Shown: piece by piece, positions 49,157 through 50,520 of the stretch | Layout of the letters: each line of letters begins with the position of its first letter | Numbering within the stretch: the stretch's first letter is position 1 | NCBI RefSeq assembly: GCF_004010195.1 | Contig: NC_057720.1 | Span: 4,133,782-4,184,301, forward strand | Direction of reading: 5' to 3' | Length of the DNA: 50,520 bases | Source of the DNA: Chiloscyllium plagiosum | Taxonomy: Eukaryota | The notes under the pieces: generated by a model | Told to the model about the DNA's origin: nothing | Database searches by the model: none | Seen by the model: the letters and a program-made list of their open reading frames with translations, nothing else | Translations under genes and position numbers: made by a program

Positions 49157-49394
49157 GCTTGTTATGTTATGCCTCATGGTCAGAATGCCATATGATTTAA
49201 TAGGAGAAAGTGAGCACTGCAGATGCTGGAGATCAGAGTCGAGAGTGTGGTGCTGGAAAAGCGCAACAGGTCAGGCAGCAGGAGAGTCAATGTGTTGGCA
49301 TAAGCCCTTCATCAGGAATATGGGGTTAGAGGGGGCTGAGAGATAAATAGAAGAGTGAGTGCTTTAACAATCATATTAATATATCAAAGTGTAG

Positions 49395-49650
49395 ACACAT
49401 AGAAAACAGGAGCAGGAGGAGGCCATTCAGCCCTTCATGCCTGGTCCACCCGTCAATGGAATCATGGCCGATCATTCAACTCATTCCCCCTTTCCCTCTT
49501 TCTCCCCATGCTCTTTTGACCCCTTTAGCCCAAAGAATTGTATCTAAACCCTTCTTGAAAACATCCAGTGTTTTGGCTCCAACCTGAGCATTCCACAGAC
49601 TTACCACACTCTGAATGAAGAAATTTCTCCTCATCTCACCTCTGAAGTAT
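49395..49650 (-). mobile_element. CR1 3' end
   Basis: FRGEMRRNFFIQSVVSLWN. Confidence 0.8.
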
Positions 49651-50192
49651 GCTCTCCTCATGTCTCAATATGAGACCTAAGTGAACAAAAATTTCATTCT
49701 CCATCTTACCGCGGGATCACTTGAGGCTTGATGTGTTACCGGAAACACGCTGCTCTGTACAATTTAATTGCTGCTGGGGATCCCAATCCAGGCCACTATC
49801 CCTCTGACACCGCTCCAACCATGATCATCCTAATTATCCCATTTTCAAATGCACACCTCTTCCAGGCTGAATTCGAGTTTAGCCTCACTGTCCATTCAAG
49901 CTGAAGTCCAGTGCATTTTCTACAACACTTAGCCAATTTTCCACAGGCAGCAGCTTCCAGGAAATCAAGGTGCATCCTGTGCAGACGTCCCGATAAGGCT
50001 TACTCCCTCATGGAAAATTCTCAAGTCACAAATCGTCTCTTTGCTTGGTCTCTATCTTTTTGTCTGAGCACTGTGTGGTCTCAGTATTTCAACTTTCTTC
50101 CTTTTAGTATGGTTTCCAGGTCAAGGTACACCAGAACTCGAGGACAAGGATTATTTATTACTCAAGCACTTTAACTCATCACTTTGTCATAG

Positions 50193-50520
50193 AGCATAGA
50201 GTCATAGAGATGTACAGCATGGAAACAGACCCTTCAGTCCAATCCGTCCATGCTGACCCCAGATATCCCAACCCAATCTAGTCCCACCTGCCAGCACTCA
50301 GCCCATATCCCTCCAAACCCTTCCTATTCATATACCCATCCAAATGCCTCTTAAATGCTGTAATTGTACCAGCCTCCACCACTTCCTCTGGCAGCTCATT
50401 CCATACATGTACCACCCTCTGCGTGAAAACATTGCCCTAGGTCCCTTTTATATCTTTCCCCTCTCACCCTAAACCTATGTCCTCTAGTTCTGGACTCCCT
50501 GACCCCAGGGAAAAGACTTT
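50193..50520 (-). mobile_element. CR1 (HER1-like) 3' end, runs off the window
   Basis: catagagtcatagagatg tail; near-identical to the reverse complement of 7850-8190. Confidence 0.92.

Overview
This is eukaryotic, repeat-dense genomic DNA, most consistent with a shark or other elasmobranch. The basis is HE1-type V-SINEs, CR1/HER1-type LINEs, Deu-domain SINEs and Penelope-derived elements. One protein-coding gene runs across the window on the + strand. I reconstructed 17 exons (5078-48662, 1926 coding nt, about 642 codons) with GT-AG introns; all 16 junctions are phase-compatible and there is no in-frame stop. The product is a single-pass receptor guanylyl cyclase: transmembrane helix, Ser/Thr-rich juxtamembrane region, pseudokinase domain, coiled-coil and the start of the cyclase domain. 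The roughly 180 aa of visible ectodomain do not look like the ANF-receptor/periplasmic-binding-protein domain of NPR1/NPR2/GUCY2C-G. They form a His/Cys-rich, beta-strand-like module followed by a six-Cys CxDGxCxxxExCxxCPxDCGxC motif. I did not find the signal-peptide exon, and the last cyclase exons lie downstream of the window. Introns hold decayed retrotransposons, including at least four Penelope-related families with minimal hammerhead-ribozyme cores, nested TA-flanked MITEs, a 255-bp inverted duplication fused to a LINE 5' end, and microhomology-flanked tandem duplications. Most ORF-track entries are TE fragments or noise. There is a 605-nt assembly gap at 45137-45741.
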